Below are positions 35,634-51,858 of a stretch of DNA of 64,000 bases, in pieces. This stretch comes from the human T2T-CHM13v2.0 reference genome, Homo sapiens. The stretch lies in assembly GCF_009914755.1 (NCBI RefSeq), contig NC_060925.1; one strand, 5' to 3'. Below the pieces are notes generated by a model. That model did not search any database. It was not told the DNA's origin and saw nothing but the letters and a program-made list of their open reading frames with translations. The stretch's first letter is position 1. Every line of letters starts with the position of its first letter. The position numbers and the translations under genes are program-made.

Positions 35634-37067
35634 AGTAAAAAGATTTTTTTTTTTTAACAGACTGCAATAAGTGAACAAATTTAAAAGGAATACTAAGATG
35701 AGTCACTAATTACTATTTTTCATCAGTTCTTTCCTTTTCTCTCTCTGCTAAACGTAGATCCATAGCTTCCTAATTTTGAATATCTGTTAAATACCTTGTA
35801 GCAGCAAATCACATTTTACAGGCAGTAAATAAATCTTTTAACAAATATTTGAGTACTCATTATATACACATGGCATTCGATAAGCTACATGAGAATATGA
35901 GGAAACTGAGTTCTTTAATGTCAATACATCTACAGTCTGCTTAAACAGATCTGCAACAAATAAAAAGATAAGGTGATAATAAAAACAATGTCGTTAATTT
36001 AACAATTGACAATAAGTACTCTAAGTTCAGAGCAAGGAGATCTTAGTATGTTAGAGTCATAAAGAAACAAGAAACAAAATAAGAACTGAGAATTTATGTT
36101 CACTTGAACATAAAACAGTCCTTCTTTTGACATAATTCTAAAGGATTCAAAAGAATTTTCTCTTACTACTTCAAAATACTCCTAAAATTTGATATTTCTT
36201 AATAGTCAAAATAGCCCCAAAGTCAACTTCAAATGTTTTACTGAAGAAAGTAAACTGAAAAAGTATAATAAAAATGTATGCTAAGAAAGGCAACTGTGCT
36301 GGTGGATCTTCAGCCAGTCAGGAAAAACTACAGTTCCTCAAGTTCAAAGATTTTGGCCTCTATTTTATTACTAAACCTACCACTGTATTTAATTTCTCAA
36401 TGTAAACATACATCATGGCTCATTTATGAATGAGAAAAAAACTCAAGATGTTTTACAAATTATAAGCAAAATAACGATGGTGAATTTTAAAATTGTATAA
36501 AAAGATTGGTATTTGAATACATAATATTGTTGTATTCTTCTGACTTGATCACATTGTAATCACCTCATGTGCTCTATAGCTGCATGAGTCATTAAATATG
36601 CAAATAGCAAATAAAGTCCAAGAAAAGAAATAATGGAGCTTATGGCAACCTTAAAGAGACTTTTTTTTTTCTTTTAAAAGATTCTGGAGGAGGGCAGCTG
36701 GAATATTCTATTAATAACTTTCGGTATACAAGAAAAAATAGTCATCACCACCATTTACCATCTGGGTTCAGTGAACTCTGTTTATTTTTGTATTTTTAAA
36801 TGATTTTATGAATAATTTTACAAAAGAAAGGGATAGTGAAAAACAAATCTATTCAAAAGTTTAGTGAGTATTAACCACATAAACGCAAATATTTATTCCG
36901 TATTTTCCTGATTTTGAAGGTAAATATAACCAAAATGAGCAATGTGCTTTGAATGCAACTAACTGCTCATTGACTATCATTCATGAAATGGGAACACAGC
37001 CAAGCTGTAAATACTGATTCCAGATTCCAAATACATTTCTAATAGGCTGTAACTTTTTACTCTGGCT

Positions 37068-37381
<314 letters not shown>

Positions 37382-37385
37382 GAAT

Positions 37386-38078
<693 letters not shown>

Positions 38079-38256
38079 TCATATGATCAATTTTACCATC
38101 ATTAGAGTCTAGAATAGGACTTTCTAATAGAACTTTCTGAGATAAAGGAAATATTCTTCATCTGTTCTTTTTGGTATGGTGGTTACTGACCATCTGAAAT
38201 GTAGCTAGTGTGTCTAAGGAACTGAATGTTTAGTTTTATATAATTTTAAAAAATTA

Positions 38257-38557
<301 letters not shown>

Positions 38558-38807
38558 ATTATTTAAAACAGCCATGTTTGGCTAGTTGGTCACTCCAGGT
38601 CTAAAGTGTTATTTTATCTCTTTGCATTCATTTTCTGATCCATTTAATCATTAGAAGCGTTTCTCTCAATTTTCTTCTCTACCATTATGGGCAGAAAGCA
38701 AAAAATTCCAAATTCTCAAATGTGTTCAATGAAAGCTTAAAAAAAAAAAGACTAAAGAAAAGGTGTCATACTATGTGGGTCACACAATAAAAAAATCAAA
38801 TAATGAT

Positions 38808-38955
38808 TCCCTGCTAATTTTTTTTTTTTGTATATTTAGTAGAGACGGGGTTTCACCATGCTAGTCAGGCTGGTCTCGAACGCCTGACCTCGTGATCTGC
38901 CTGCCTCGGCCTCCCGAAGTGGTGGGAATACAGGCGTAAGCCACCTTGCCCAGCC
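38808..38955 (-). mobile_element. Alu left arm
   Basis: Half Alu. Confidence 0.85.
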
Positions 38956-39601
38956 ACCAATTTGGAGATTTCTAAAGAAAATCCAATCACTCTAATTTCC
39001 AGAAAATGTTCCTATGTCAATTTAATTATTTGTCACTAATAAAGGCAATTTTGTAAATAACACTCAGAGTGATCAAACAAACAGAAGTGATTTAAAGACA
39101 GATTAAATGTTTCAGTTTTTCCCTTAGGACTTAGCAAGTCATTCATGCTGCCCCCTAGAAGAGCTAAGTTTTGCTATACACACTGCTCAGAATGTCAAGG
39201 GATTTAGAGCTAACTTTAAGGAGTATTAAAAAGGAGTATTTTTTTAAAAAGTATTAAGGAGTATTAAAAAAAAAACCCCAAAACCCAAACCCACATCTGT
39301 CCTCCTCCTTGTTCTAGAAAGAGGGTATATGTGGAAATGGGGGGATAACAAAGAAGTATATGTTCTGAGGTTAAAGAAAAATGTTTGAATTATGTTATTT
39401 TCAAAATCACAAACACGTGAAAATATAAATGAAAAAAGAGACAAAATATACTCGGACAAAATATAATCCTGTTGATTAGAAATAAGTATATTTGAATTAG
39501 AACATACTCTAAATAACAATGTCATACCATATCCAGAAACATCAATATAGAGAATGGCAACAATAGACAACCTAATTCTCAACTGTGTTCAACAAAAGCT
39601 A

Positions 39602-40040
<439 letters not shown>

Positions 40041-42097
40041 TTAAGAGAATGTAGGAAGACTGGAGGTACAAAATGAAGACAAGACAAACTAAAAAATTAT
40101 GACTTTTAGGAAAAGATGAGAACTTTTTATAAACGTTTGAATCCTGTAAATTCATCAAGGGCATATAACAAATGGAAACACAGGCTTTTCACCAGATTCT
40201 CACTTGTCAAAAGTGGGGGCATCCCTTGAATTAGATAAATTTAATAAATCAGTGCATTCATTCCATAAATATTTCAATTCCTCTTAATACCAGGTGCAAT
40301 GTTACATAGATTTTGGGTATATCAATGATTAAAAAACAAAAAACAGAACACAAACTTTGAGTTCTAAAGACTTCTAGTTTGATAGAGGCAAAAGACCAGT
40401 ACGCCAAATATAATCTTATGTAGGAGGTGTTATGGAACATAAAGAGAAAAGTAAAACACTGTTTAAACACCACCCAAAAACAATGCTGGAGCTAAATTTT
40501 GAATGAACTGGAATTTGCCACAAGAATTAGGAAGCAGCACAAGTTAGCAAGAATATTCAGTGTGTGCAAACACACAGAAGTCAGAGCTCAGAGAGTTGCA
40601 CATAGTTTTGCATAAACTAGAGATGTGAATCTAGAAGAGAAACCATGTCATGGCGGGTCTTGTATTTGATTTTGTATGTGACAGAGAACTATAAAGGATT
40701 TTAAGCAAGAGAGAGACACAATCAGATTTGTTTTATGAGAAGGGTCTCTTTTGGTTGTTGTGTTGAAGAGGTAATGAAGTAAGAAAAGGGAAAAGAGGCA
40801 GACTAGATAACAAGTACCTAATCCTTTTGGATAAAGATGTTAAGGTCCTGATTGAAAATACAGAAAAGAGAAAGGGACTATGAAGGTTATTACTGAGGGA
40901 GAAGAGACACAACATGGTGACTAACTGGATATAACGTGTGAAAGATCAATCATGATTCTTGTGTTTCATGCTTATGCCTTTGCCTGATCATAATGCCATT
41001 TATAGAAACAGGGAAGATGGTATACTTTTAACAGAGAAGAGGATTAATACAGTTTTTGGACATGCTGTGTTTAAAGCCTTTGTATTAAAAATGTGGACCA
41101 CAGTCTGTAGGACTGTAAGAAATATAGACTCTCAGGACCCATCCCAAATTTATAGAATTATACTCTGTATTTTAAGAAGATCTCCAGGTGATTCTTATAT
41201 GTATATTGGTTTAAGGTACCTATGAAATCATCTAAATGGAAATGTCCCATGGAAGTAAAAAAATATAAGAAATACAATTTCTAACAAAACTTTATGTAAA
41301 GATATAGATTGGGAGTCATCAGATAAGTACTGTAATTGAAACTGAGGGAGTGGGACACCATTCGGTAGAGTCAGAAGAGAAGAAAATCTCAAGATAATAG
41401 ACCCTGACTAACAACAACGTTTGAAGTGCAGGCAGTAGAAGAGATGCCAGAACAGAAGAGAAAGAAATGTTAAAAGTAGCAGAAAGCTAGGAGATAATGA
41501 AGTCACACAAGTGAAGACAGTTTCAAAGGCTAGGGCCAAGTAAGATTTAGTAGTCAGGAGGTAAAACAGTAGAAAGAGAAGCCCTATTAGGGTACTTTGA
41601 AAAATGGCTAGAGGTCAATATTCAGAATATTGCATATGAGAAAGGCTGCAGTTATAATACATATTGACTTGAATGTTTTTTAAAGATGGCCAATATATGA
41701 GTATATAAATGTTTGATGGTTCATAATTGAAACTTATTATTAACCAAGGAGCAAATATAAGATACAATAACAATACTTACCATTTAACATCTTCATTACT
41801 GGAATAGTGATTTTCATACAGTAAGCATCAATAAATATTTATAGAATTATGGAATGATTTACTCTGTTTTTGGTGGTGCCAGACACATACTAAGTGACTT
41901 ACATGTTATCTCATTAATCCTCAGAACAGCCCTATAAGGTAGATATTTAACCTATTATACCTCATCTGTAACCCATTTTATAAACAAGAAAATCAATGAA
42001 GATAATGCTAATGGATCAGTATTCTTTCCAACAAAACTCCAATGAAGCACTGTAACCTTAAGCATGTCTACCAATCAATCATAGTTGGCATGAGCAG

Positions 42098-42346
42098 CAG
42101 GTTGAGTATCCTTAACTGAAATGCATGGGACCATAAATGTTTTATTTTTTGGATTTGGAAATACTTGCATACATAGAATGACATATCTTGGGGATAGGAC
42201 CCAAATATAAACCTGAAATTCACTTATGTTTCATATATACCTTATACATAAAGCCTGAAGGTAATTTTATGCAGTATTTTTAAAGTTTCAGACTTCGGAG
42301 CATTCTAGATTTAAGATTTTTGAATTATGAGGATGCTCAATTTGTA
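42098..42346. mobile_element. Tigger4/MER46-like MITE
   Basis: caggttgagtatcc ... ggatgctcaatttg inverted ends. Confidence 0.7.
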
Positions 42347-42397
42347 CTACATTATTTCAAAACTCCTTTTTGCGTCTGAACGTTTATGATTCTAATA

Positions 42398-42615
42398 CAG
42401 AGGTTGCCAAACGGAGGCCCACGGGCCAAATCTGTCCTGCTTGCTTTTTTTAATAAAGTTCTACAGGAACACAGTGACGTGCATTCGTTTAAGAACTGTC
42501 TATGGCTGCTTCCATGCTATAATAGCAGAGTTCGATAGTTATGACAGAGCCCATGGTGCCTATAAAGCTGAAAACTTTTACTATCTAGTCCTTTATAGAA
42601 AGTTTGCCAAGCCCA
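42398..42615. mobile_element. MER58-like hAT element
   Basis: cagaggttgccaaac...ggcccacgggccaaatc...aaagtttgccaagccc. Confidence 0.7.
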
Positions 42616-43085
42616 TACAAAATTAGGGACAAACCACATTACTTTCTGAGAGACAGCCACATTCTTAACACAGAAGACTCAAGCGAGAGAAAAAAAACAT
42701 GATTACTTAGGATGTCACAAGTGAAGTGACAGAATACTAGACAAAATCTACTATGAGAAATTATTATAGACAGCCTTCTATATTTAAACAACTAGAATAA
42801 GGAAAAAAAGGTATTTTAGAAGGCATATTTGGAATTGACTAAGAAATATGATCTGAGATTTTTTTTTACACAACTGTGAGTGGTTTAATGTAGGTAAAAC
42901 ATACCAAAATTTAAATCCTTCCTCCTGAAATAATTTAACATTAATTTACTCTTGTTTCATGAAATGGTTAATTTAAATTAAGTGACCTTAAAAACTGACA
43001 ATGTATTATAAGCTAGAGTATAATGTAGGTTATCATGATAATCCCAGAAGCTACTTGATGTTGAAGATAAAGAATATGAAGCAGT

Positions 43086-43375
43086 GGCTGGGTGTGGTGG
43101 CTCATGCCTGTAATCCCAGCATTGGGAGGCCAAGGCAGGCGGATCACCTGATGTCAGGAGTTCGAGACCAGCCTGGCCAACATGGCAAAACCCCGCCTCT
43201 ACTAAAAATAAAAATAAATTAGCTGGGTGTGGTGGCGTGCGCCTGTAGTCCCAGCTACTCAGGAGACTGAGGCAGGAGAATCACTTGAACCTGGGAGGCA
43301 GAGGTTGCGGTGAGCTGAAGTTGCGCCACTGCACTCCAGTGTGGGCGACAGTGAGACTCTGTCTCAAAAAAAAAG
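43086..43375 (+). mobile_element. Alu (S family)
   Basis: TSD aaagaatatgaagcagt. Confidence 0.92.
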
Positions 43376-44788
43376 AGAGAAAAGAATATGAAGCAGTGAA
43401 GACATGAAAGTTAGTTTGGTATTTGTAATTACTGTATAAATCAACAACTCTCCATGTTCTATTTCAGAATATCTTTAAGATGGAAATTCTGAGGGTGGGA
43501 ATTTAATAATGGTTTTATCACAATTATAACAACTTTTCATGGGCTCAGAAAATACTGGTATTATACATAACAATATTAAATACAGTTACACATTATGGAA
43601 TTAATAATTTTTATTTTAAGCAAGTAGATAATTAAATATTTACACAAAGCATTAAAATTCAATTGTTTTCAAAAGGAAAAGACAGTATGATATATATACC
43701 CAAGGTTTGATAATTTACATAAGAAATATATATTACGGTAGATAATAAAATCTGATATCATAACTAGGAAGGCCAATCACAGTATCTAAGCTACTCTTGA
43801 TTCTCATGAAAATCTAAGTTATAAAATGTTGTTTTTAATAAAACAAGTAAGTATAAATAATCAATGCAGCTAAAAATCAATTGCTAAAACTTTCTAGAAA
43901 TAAGAATGCTCACACTATCATTCAGAGAATGGATATAAAAAAGCCAAAACAACTGTGGTACAATTCTGAGTTTAAGTGTTTGAGGCAAAATAAATAAATA
44001 AATAAATCAGAGTAAGAAATTTTTTTCCCAAGCAAAAGTAAATATCTTCTTTGCTACATCAGAATGTGTTATTCTAACAAAGACTGTTTTTGATTAGATA
44101 TGTATCTGCTTTGGGCCTCATTAAGTATCCCAAGTCAAACTACTATATTACATTTCTGTGCCAAATGATCAATATTTTATTATAAACAATTCTAGGTCAG
44201 CAATAAAAAGCATGTGCTAATACAGGCAATGTTATAAAATATTAAATCCAAAAAATTCTCTTGCCATTAACTAAATAAGGCAAGAAATCACGGGAATGTC
44301 AGCAAAAATCGAGGTAGAATGAGGTATGTAAATTGAATACTTATGTATTTCAGTTAAAAAAAAGAGAGAAAGCGTTATTACCTTCAGACAAGTTCAGTTT
44401 CATAAAACTGATTTTCAAAGTGACATGCAAGACAAAAGCCTTAGTTCAAGCCTTTCTTGGCAATGCAAAGCTCCTCATTACTATTGGATGTCAACCCAAA
44501 GAATATACCTTCACAATTATCCTTTAACATGTTTACCCAAAATTCCCTGTGAAGATATATACATATGACTTTCTCTCTTTTGTATTTCAAATTCTTTGGC
44601 AATTACTTCTTTCCTTGGTGATTTGTTATTTTGTACAGGTCTACTCTTAATGCAATTGTTCCACATAAATCAATTCACATTTAAAATAAACTACAGCGGT
44701 GTGCTACTTAAAGAAATTACACTTACATCTTGTAAAGGAAAGGCTCCTGCAAAATTCCCACCCGGCAAAGGAAAGGCTCTTCTTTTAA

Positions 44789-45134
<346 letters not shown>

Positions 45135-45352
45135 CTCTAAATTTCATATATTGTGTTTTTTTTAAAGTAACATAGCATTCACCAATTACTTTAACAAACC
45201 ACTTCCATGAAAACAAATTGAAAAAAAAGCATATATTGTTAAGAAAGTATAATCCTAAAAATTCTTATTCCTGGGAATATATAGTGAAAACGATTCACAT
45301 AAAATGTTGATTTTAAATGACTGAACAGTTTACTGGAGTAAATTTTATATAC

Positions 45353-45416
45353 CTTGGACTTGAGGGAACCTTCCCAATTTTCATCCACAAACTTCAAGAA
45401 TAGCTCCTGCATACAG
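45353..45416 (-). CDS. SELENOF: Selenoprotein F coding exon 3 (64 nt): LYAGAILEVCG-U-KLGRFPQVQ, in-frame TGA = selenocysteine at 45381-45383
   Basis: Minus strand reads ttttgtag|CTGTATGCAGGA...TGTGGATGAAAA...GTCCAAG|gtatat with canonical AG/GT ends. The translation matches the SEP15/SELENOF CxU redox motif as I recall it. Exon numbering comes from the known gene structure. Confidence 0.97.
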
Positions 45417-45900
45417 CTACAAAAGGAAAAACAGGAATTTAAAAAACTGGTATAAATTAAAAATGTACTTATAAAATAAATATAAATTTTCACAGTATAA
45501 ACATTACAGTTAGCAGATATATAGATCAAAGAAATGTCAAAGCTGGTTAGCCAGACAGGACCATGTAGTTCCAGTCTAATGGAAGAGAAGATGGAGGCCC
45601 AAGTATAATAAATGGTAGAGAAACTTCCAACCTACTTCAATTATTCTTAAACCTAGCCAAAAAGACCGAAGGAGATAAGGAGATTTGACAATAAACTTTA
45701 AATAGGTAAGATGTCCTAGGAAGCTCTACAAAATATTAAAGGTTTCCTACCTTTTTTTTAGGGTGATAAACTGAATATAGGTATATATCATCTATCCAAG
45801 ATAGTTACTTAATAAAAATTCTTTCTGGTGGCTTTTAATATTAAGTGATCAAAGTTTTAAAATTAAAACAATCGTTATGTGGAGATATTATAAGAAAAGC

Positions 45901-46141
45901 AGTAAAATCTCATTATAAAGAACTCAAATGCAAATATTTTCCTTTAATGAAATTTAGCTGAAATGGATTCAATGGTAAGTATCTCTTTTCTAGCTATAGA
46001 ACCTGCACATTCTCTTTATAGTAAAAGCTCATTATAAAAAACTCAAATGCAAATATTTTATTGCAATGAATTCAGCTGAAATGGATTCAATGGTAAACAC
46101 CACTTTTTTTGTAGTTGCAGAGCCTGACTATTCTTTTTATA
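45901..46141. repeat. Diverged tandem duplication, 2 x about 120 bp
   Basis: agtaaaa.ctcattataaa.aactcaaatgcaaatatttt...agctgaaatggattcaatggtaa starts at both 45901 and 46020. Confidence 0.9.
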
Positions 46142-46630
46142 GGGCAGGAATATACTTGGAAATGCTGTGACCATAAGAGAAGGCTGGCAATTTTAAGAAC
46201 GTATCATATCCATTTCATTTCTTCTTGGTTTTTAGATTTGTTTTTTATGGAGGTTCAAGAAAGATGGACTTTATTTTTTCAGGTTCTAAAACAGCATTTA
46301 CTTAATTAAAAACAACAACAACAACAACAACACATGCCCTATGCATGTTTATTTAAAATAGTTTGGAAAATACAGAAAGGCATAAAGTAGTGATTAAAAA
46401 ACTACCTTAATGTGACCTAAAAAGACAATGATTCTTAACAGTTTGATGACTTTGGGCTGGATCAATTCTTACGTTTTTGGGGAGTCACTGACCCTTCTGA
46501 GAATCTGATAGAATTTCGCTTTAATGCAGGCTGTTCATGGACTCTGAAACCAATGATGGATTTCAGATTAAGAATTCTGATGATCTCTAAGGGTCACTGC
46601 AGCAATAAAACTTTAAGAATAGGTTAATTT

Positions 46631-46960
46631 GGCCAGGCATGGTGGCTCATGCCTGTAATTGCCGCTCTTAGGGAGGCTGAGGTGGGCGGATCACGAGGTC
46701 AAGAGATAGAGACCATCCTGGCCAACATGGTGAAACCCCGTCACTACTAAAAATACAAAAATTAGCTGGGCGTGGTGGCGCATGCCTGTAATCCCAGCTA
46801 CTCGTGGGGCTGAGGCAGAAGAATTGCTTGAACCCAGGAGGCGGAGGTTGCAGTGAGCCGAAGGTTGCAGTGACCCGAGATCACGCCACTGCACTCCAGC
46901 CTGGCAGCAGAGCAAGACTCTGTCTCAAAAAAAAAAAAAAAAAAAAAGAAAGAAAGAAAG
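46631..46960 (+). mobile_element. Alu (Sc-like) with a short internal duplication
   Basis: TSD aagaataggttaa; aggttgcagtga is duplicated. Confidence 0.92.
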
Positions 46961-47519
46961 AATAGGTTAACTTAATTTTATGCAATAAGTTGCTTTTCAA
47001 AAAGATATGGCTAATCTTGGTTAGACAACTCCAGAAAAAAAATCTTGAAAAATATAAGGCCATATTACCAATAAGCTAATGAAGGGATGGTCAATATTAC
47101 TAGAGATTAGGGAAATGCATATCAAAACCACAATGAGATCCCACTTCACATCACTGGGATAGCTATTATTAAAAAAAAAAAAAAAAGAGATGAGGATGTG
47201 GAGAAATTGGAACCCTTGTACACTGCTGTTGGGAATGAGAAGTGGTCCAGTGGCTACAGAAAATGGAATTGCAGTTTTTCAAAAAATTAAAAATAGAATT
47301 ACCATATGATCTGCAATTCTACTTCTGGGTATATACTCAAAAGAAGTGAAAGCAAGGCCTCAAACAGATATTTATACACCCATGTTCACAGCAACATTAT
47401 TCACAATAGCCAAAAGGTGGGAAAAAACTCATGTGTTCATTAACAGATGAATGGAAAAACAAAATATGGTATATACATACAACAGAGCATTATCCAGCTT
47501 TTAAAAGGAAGCAGATTCT

Positions 47520-47826
<307 letters not shown>

Positions 47827-48104
47827 TTACAATATAAACGAATCTTATTACAACATTAATGACATCTTGCTAAGTGAAATAAGGCAGTCACAAAAGGACA
47901 AATGTTTAAATGAGGTAACTAGAGTAGCCAAAAATTCACAATGGTAGTTGTCAGTGGGGGCAAGGAATAGGGAGTTATTGTTTCATGGGTGTAAGTTTCA
48001 GTTTGGGAAGACTCCGGAGAAAGATGGTTAACACAGTTGTACAACAATGCGAATGTACTTAATGCCATAGCACTCTACACTTAAAAATGGTTAAAATAGT
48101 GAAT

Positions 48105-48225
48105 TTTAGTGTATATTTTACACTAAATAGTGTATAGTGTATGTACACTAGTGTATAGTGTACGTACACTAAATAGTGTATAGTGTACATACATAGTGTA
48201 TAGTTAAAATAGTGAATAGTGTACA
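48105..48225. repeat. Low-complexity (TAGTGTA)-type tandem repeat in an L1 tail
   Basis: Repeated tagtgta and tacacta units. Confidence 0.8.
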
Positions 48226-49008
48226 TTTTACTATAATTAAAAGCATTTAAGGCCATATTTAGATTTGGTTATTAGATTTATCTTTTGTTTATAAGCCTTT
48301 AGAAACTCTTGGTGGAGATTCCACTACCTTACCTAATAATATTTCTCTATACCACTGTTTCTTTATATCATGATACATGTGGGAAATGATAATGATTGTA
48401 CGGAGCACTGCAGTAAAAGGATGAAGCAGCTTTTAAATGGGCAAGACTAGCCTGGGAGCCCTGCTTACCTCAGGCCCCACTTGGTTGTCTCAAGGGCTCA
48501 AGGACTCAGTATCTTACCACACCCATAACCCACTCATGGGAAGCTTGTCTCTGCACCACAAAATATCAACTGATTAACCAAAAATATTAGAAACATATCC
48601 TTTAATGAGCAGGCAGCTCAGATGTGACCTTTTTCAAAAAAACTTTTGTTGATTTCCTCGTCTCAGGTAAGGATTTTCCTAGTAAACTTTCACAGAACTT
48701 TGTTCTCATCATAATGTGCATCAAATAGCCTGTAACTTGACAGCAGACAGGAAATGTCTTAATTTCCCCCAGAATCAGACACAAAGCTTCTCAATATAGG
48801 TGTGCCGAAGGGAGAGAACTATTCATATAACAAAATTAAATGCCTCTTTTTTCATGACAAAACTTCAAAAATATTTCAAGTTCCTTTGACAAAGTTTGTA
48901 GAGTAGTTCCAGTCCAGGGTAAACAAAAGAAAATGGATGGAACTCAAAGTTGCAGAGCATTATTAAAAGTCAAACTCTAAAAGCATTAATCTGTGTTGTT
49001 AGCGGGCG

Positions 49009-49009
49009 C

Positions 49010-49049
<40 letters not shown>

Positions 49050-49087
49050 ACACACATATATATACACGCACACACATATATATATAT
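49009..49087. repeat. (CA)n/(TA)n compound microsatellite
   Basis: Directly visible. Confidence 0.95.
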
Positions 49088-49833
49088 GATTTGTGGTGTT
49101 CACTGGAAAATATTTGTTTTTCATGGCGAATAAATAACTTAACTACAGATTGTAGTAAATTTAAAATGCCATATAATCCTAAGTATCTTTGGCACTACAT
49201 ACAAATTCACACACAATGAAATATATGCTACTTATAAATAGTAGAAATTCTCTAGTGCATAAAGAAATGACAAATAAAGTTAATTCCCTGATTTAACCAA
49301 GTTCCAACCTCAGTATTTTTACTTTTTAAAGTGACTAGCATACAAAATTTTTAATCTTCAAACATTTAGGGAAAAATACCATTACAAGAGAAAAATCAAA
49401 GAAGAAAGTCATATAACTTCTAACAGCAAGTTGGTAGGCCTTTTTAAAAATACGAATTAGAGGAGTCTTACTTGTACAGACAATCTAACTCTAGCCCATT
49501 ATTGTATTAGGACTAGGGAAATGTAAGAAATCATTAGGAAAATATGAGAACGATACACAAACTGCATCTTTTCCCTTTGGAGTCTCTATTTCCATGTAAC
49601 TTATGACCGTCAGATTTTTCTAAACTTCTGATATGGTTCTCTGGGTGGGGGAAGTAGAAATATCTAACTACCTCAGCTCTATCACTAATGTGCCTTAGTT
49701 GTAACAGGATTTTAAAATATGCGAATTTCCCATTTAAAAAGGTGATTTTTATTCATTAGTCTTCGGATAAATTCCAGCTTTGTGGTTAGTTGATGTTTTC
49801 CCAGTTTAAATATTTTAACTACTACAGGTACTA

Positions 49834-49920
49834 CAGGTTGAGCATCTCAAATCTGAAAAAAATCTGAAATCCAAAACACTTCTAGTCCCAATAATTCCAG
49901 ATAAGAGCTACTCAAACTGT
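49834..49920. mobile_element. Miniature internally deleted Tigger4-like MITE (about 87 bp)
   Basis: ta|caggttgagcatctc ... gagctactcaaactg|ta, with TA target-site duplication. Confidence 0.65.
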
Positions 49921-50775
49921 ACTGAGATTAGTAAGGGGTTAAGTGAGGTTTCACATGTAGAAAAAGGCCACACTATTTTTGTAGCTATCTTTGTTATAAT
50001 TAAGGTCCAACTAGTTGCCACAAAAATGTTCAAAAAGCTGGTCTATGCTGTTTCTCACCTAGATTCCAAAATAAGTTCATTTATAACACTGAACAAAGAT
50101 GACACTTGAGAATTACACACATTTTCTGAATTTTTTAAAAAGTGCAGTATTTGTTAACTCTTGTGCCATCATCATACCACTACCACCACCACCAGCACCA
50201 TTACACATTTATAAACCTGTCCAAGTCAGAAATACTCTACTTTCCAATACGAAGCACTTAAAGTATTTTTGTTGGTAACAATAACCACGGCTCTAAAGAA
50301 ACATGACCTTAAGAAAACCTTGATAAACTAATTATTTAAGTTGAGTCAAACTAAATATCAAATTTTCATACGGCATGGTATAGTGAAAAGAGTCCAAGCT
50401 GTCAAATCAAAGTTGTATGTGGTCCAGTTCTGGCTCTGCCACTTACAAGCAGTATGCCCCCTTGGGTAAGTCATTCACTGAGCTTCAGTTTACTGTCTCA
50501 ACAAAAGGGTTATTTACTTCCAGAATTGCTATAAGAAGTCACCAAAAAAAGTGAAAAGCCTGGATTTTTTAGATGCTCAATATATAACATCTTTTATTAT
50601 AAGATTAATACTTCCACAGTATTGGTTAAGTTCAAGTTGTGTACGTGAGGCCATTATCATGTCTACTTAATAGAATTTTCAGTTCAGGGACTATTCAGGG
50701 ATATTACTCATTGTTCGTCTGTAATGAAAATGGCCACTCCAAATTTTCTCAAGCTTTCAAATTCAAACTACCTTA

Positions 50776-50960
50776 GAGCAGAGTTCTCAACCCTGACAGT
50801 ACACTAGAATCACCTGGAAATATTTTGAACATTACTGATCCCTAAAACCTACCCCAGATAAACTAAATTAGGATATCTAGGGGTGAGATCCATGCATCAG
50901 TATTTTTAATTACTACTCAAATGATTGTAATGGGCAGGCAGGGATGAGGAATACTGCCTT
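50776..50960. mobile_element. MER5-family hAT element
   Basis: cagagttctcaaccctg...tagaatcacctgg...gggatgaggaatactg. Confidence 0.65.
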
Positions 50961-51817
50961 ATACTATGTTATATTAATAGGGCAAAAATTGCAAAATGGT
51001 AAAACAGTAGGCTTTTTGTTCAACAGATTAACTGCATTAATCTGAAAAGGTAAACCATAAACATCGACTGAAGCAAGACAAATGTTACAGTACTTTTTTT
51101 TTTTTTTCCCTTTCCTTATGAGGTACTGCTTGTAGCTATAGATTCTCATTTTGGAAACTATTTTATTTAAAATCGAAAGGTTAGTATTAAAGCAATTCCA
51201 CAGTACCAACAGAAAAAAACTAAGATATTTTAAAACCTGTAATTAAACTTGGTTTTTATCCTCCTAAAGTGCTAGTTTTGTTTATATTAAAAGAAGTTTT
51301 TCAAACCAAGTTAATATAACCATTAGCATAATAATTATAAATGCTATGTAGCAATATGAAGAAAATGCTGTTAGGTGAACAAAAGCAAAAATTTTTACTG
51401 CTGAAGAGAATTCATATCTGAGGAATAACTGTATTTTATAGGTCTATTGAAGGTTTGCCTTTAAATAAAATGAAGGGATTTTAAAATAAGGAAGCATGGC
51501 TATAGTATGATAAAAGCTGAGCACTGTATTATTTAGACATTCCAATGAAAAATCAATTATGATACACTCAAATATAAATGAGTCACTTTTCCAAACACTA
51601 ATAATATCCAGTATAATTTTAAAAAATCAACTTTATTCCTTTCATACAGCAGAAAAATACATCACACAGAAACTATTTTTAGCAAAATTTGGTCAGCGAA
51701 TTCTCAGGGAAAATATTATCACCTAAACCATGTTTAGTGATCTACTGGTGTTTTAAATTTGCTGTTCATCTTCAAGTCTTCCCCATACTTTCTGATTAAT
51801 GACACTTTCATACTCAC

Positions 51818-51858
51818 TTTGAGTGATGGCATTCTTGCTTAGAAACAATGGATGAATA
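51818..51858 (-). other. Candidate 41-nt alternative cassette exon in SELENOF intron 2
   Basis: Branch-point-like CTGAT (A at -23), TTTTTTTTCCCCTAATCCTCAG acceptor and AAA|GTGAGTA donor. Lies in a repeat-free block. No transcript evidence is available here. Confidence 0.6.

Noticed and set aside
45239-45529. 96-aa minus-strand ORF as a standalone gene
   Set aside because: It runs through intron sequence on both sides. Only the exon-3 portion is meaningful, as the alternative frame discussed in the findings.
48105-48225. Repeat array resembling repeat-spacer organisation
   Set aside because: Simple degenerate tandem repeat in an L1 tail of a primate genome; no unique spacers, so not CRISPR.
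48461-48572. Strong minus-strand donor GAG|GTAAGC at 48469 as a cryptic exon
   Set aside because: The upstream acceptors (48551, 48570) have poor pyrimidine tracts, so an exon cannot be supported without reads.
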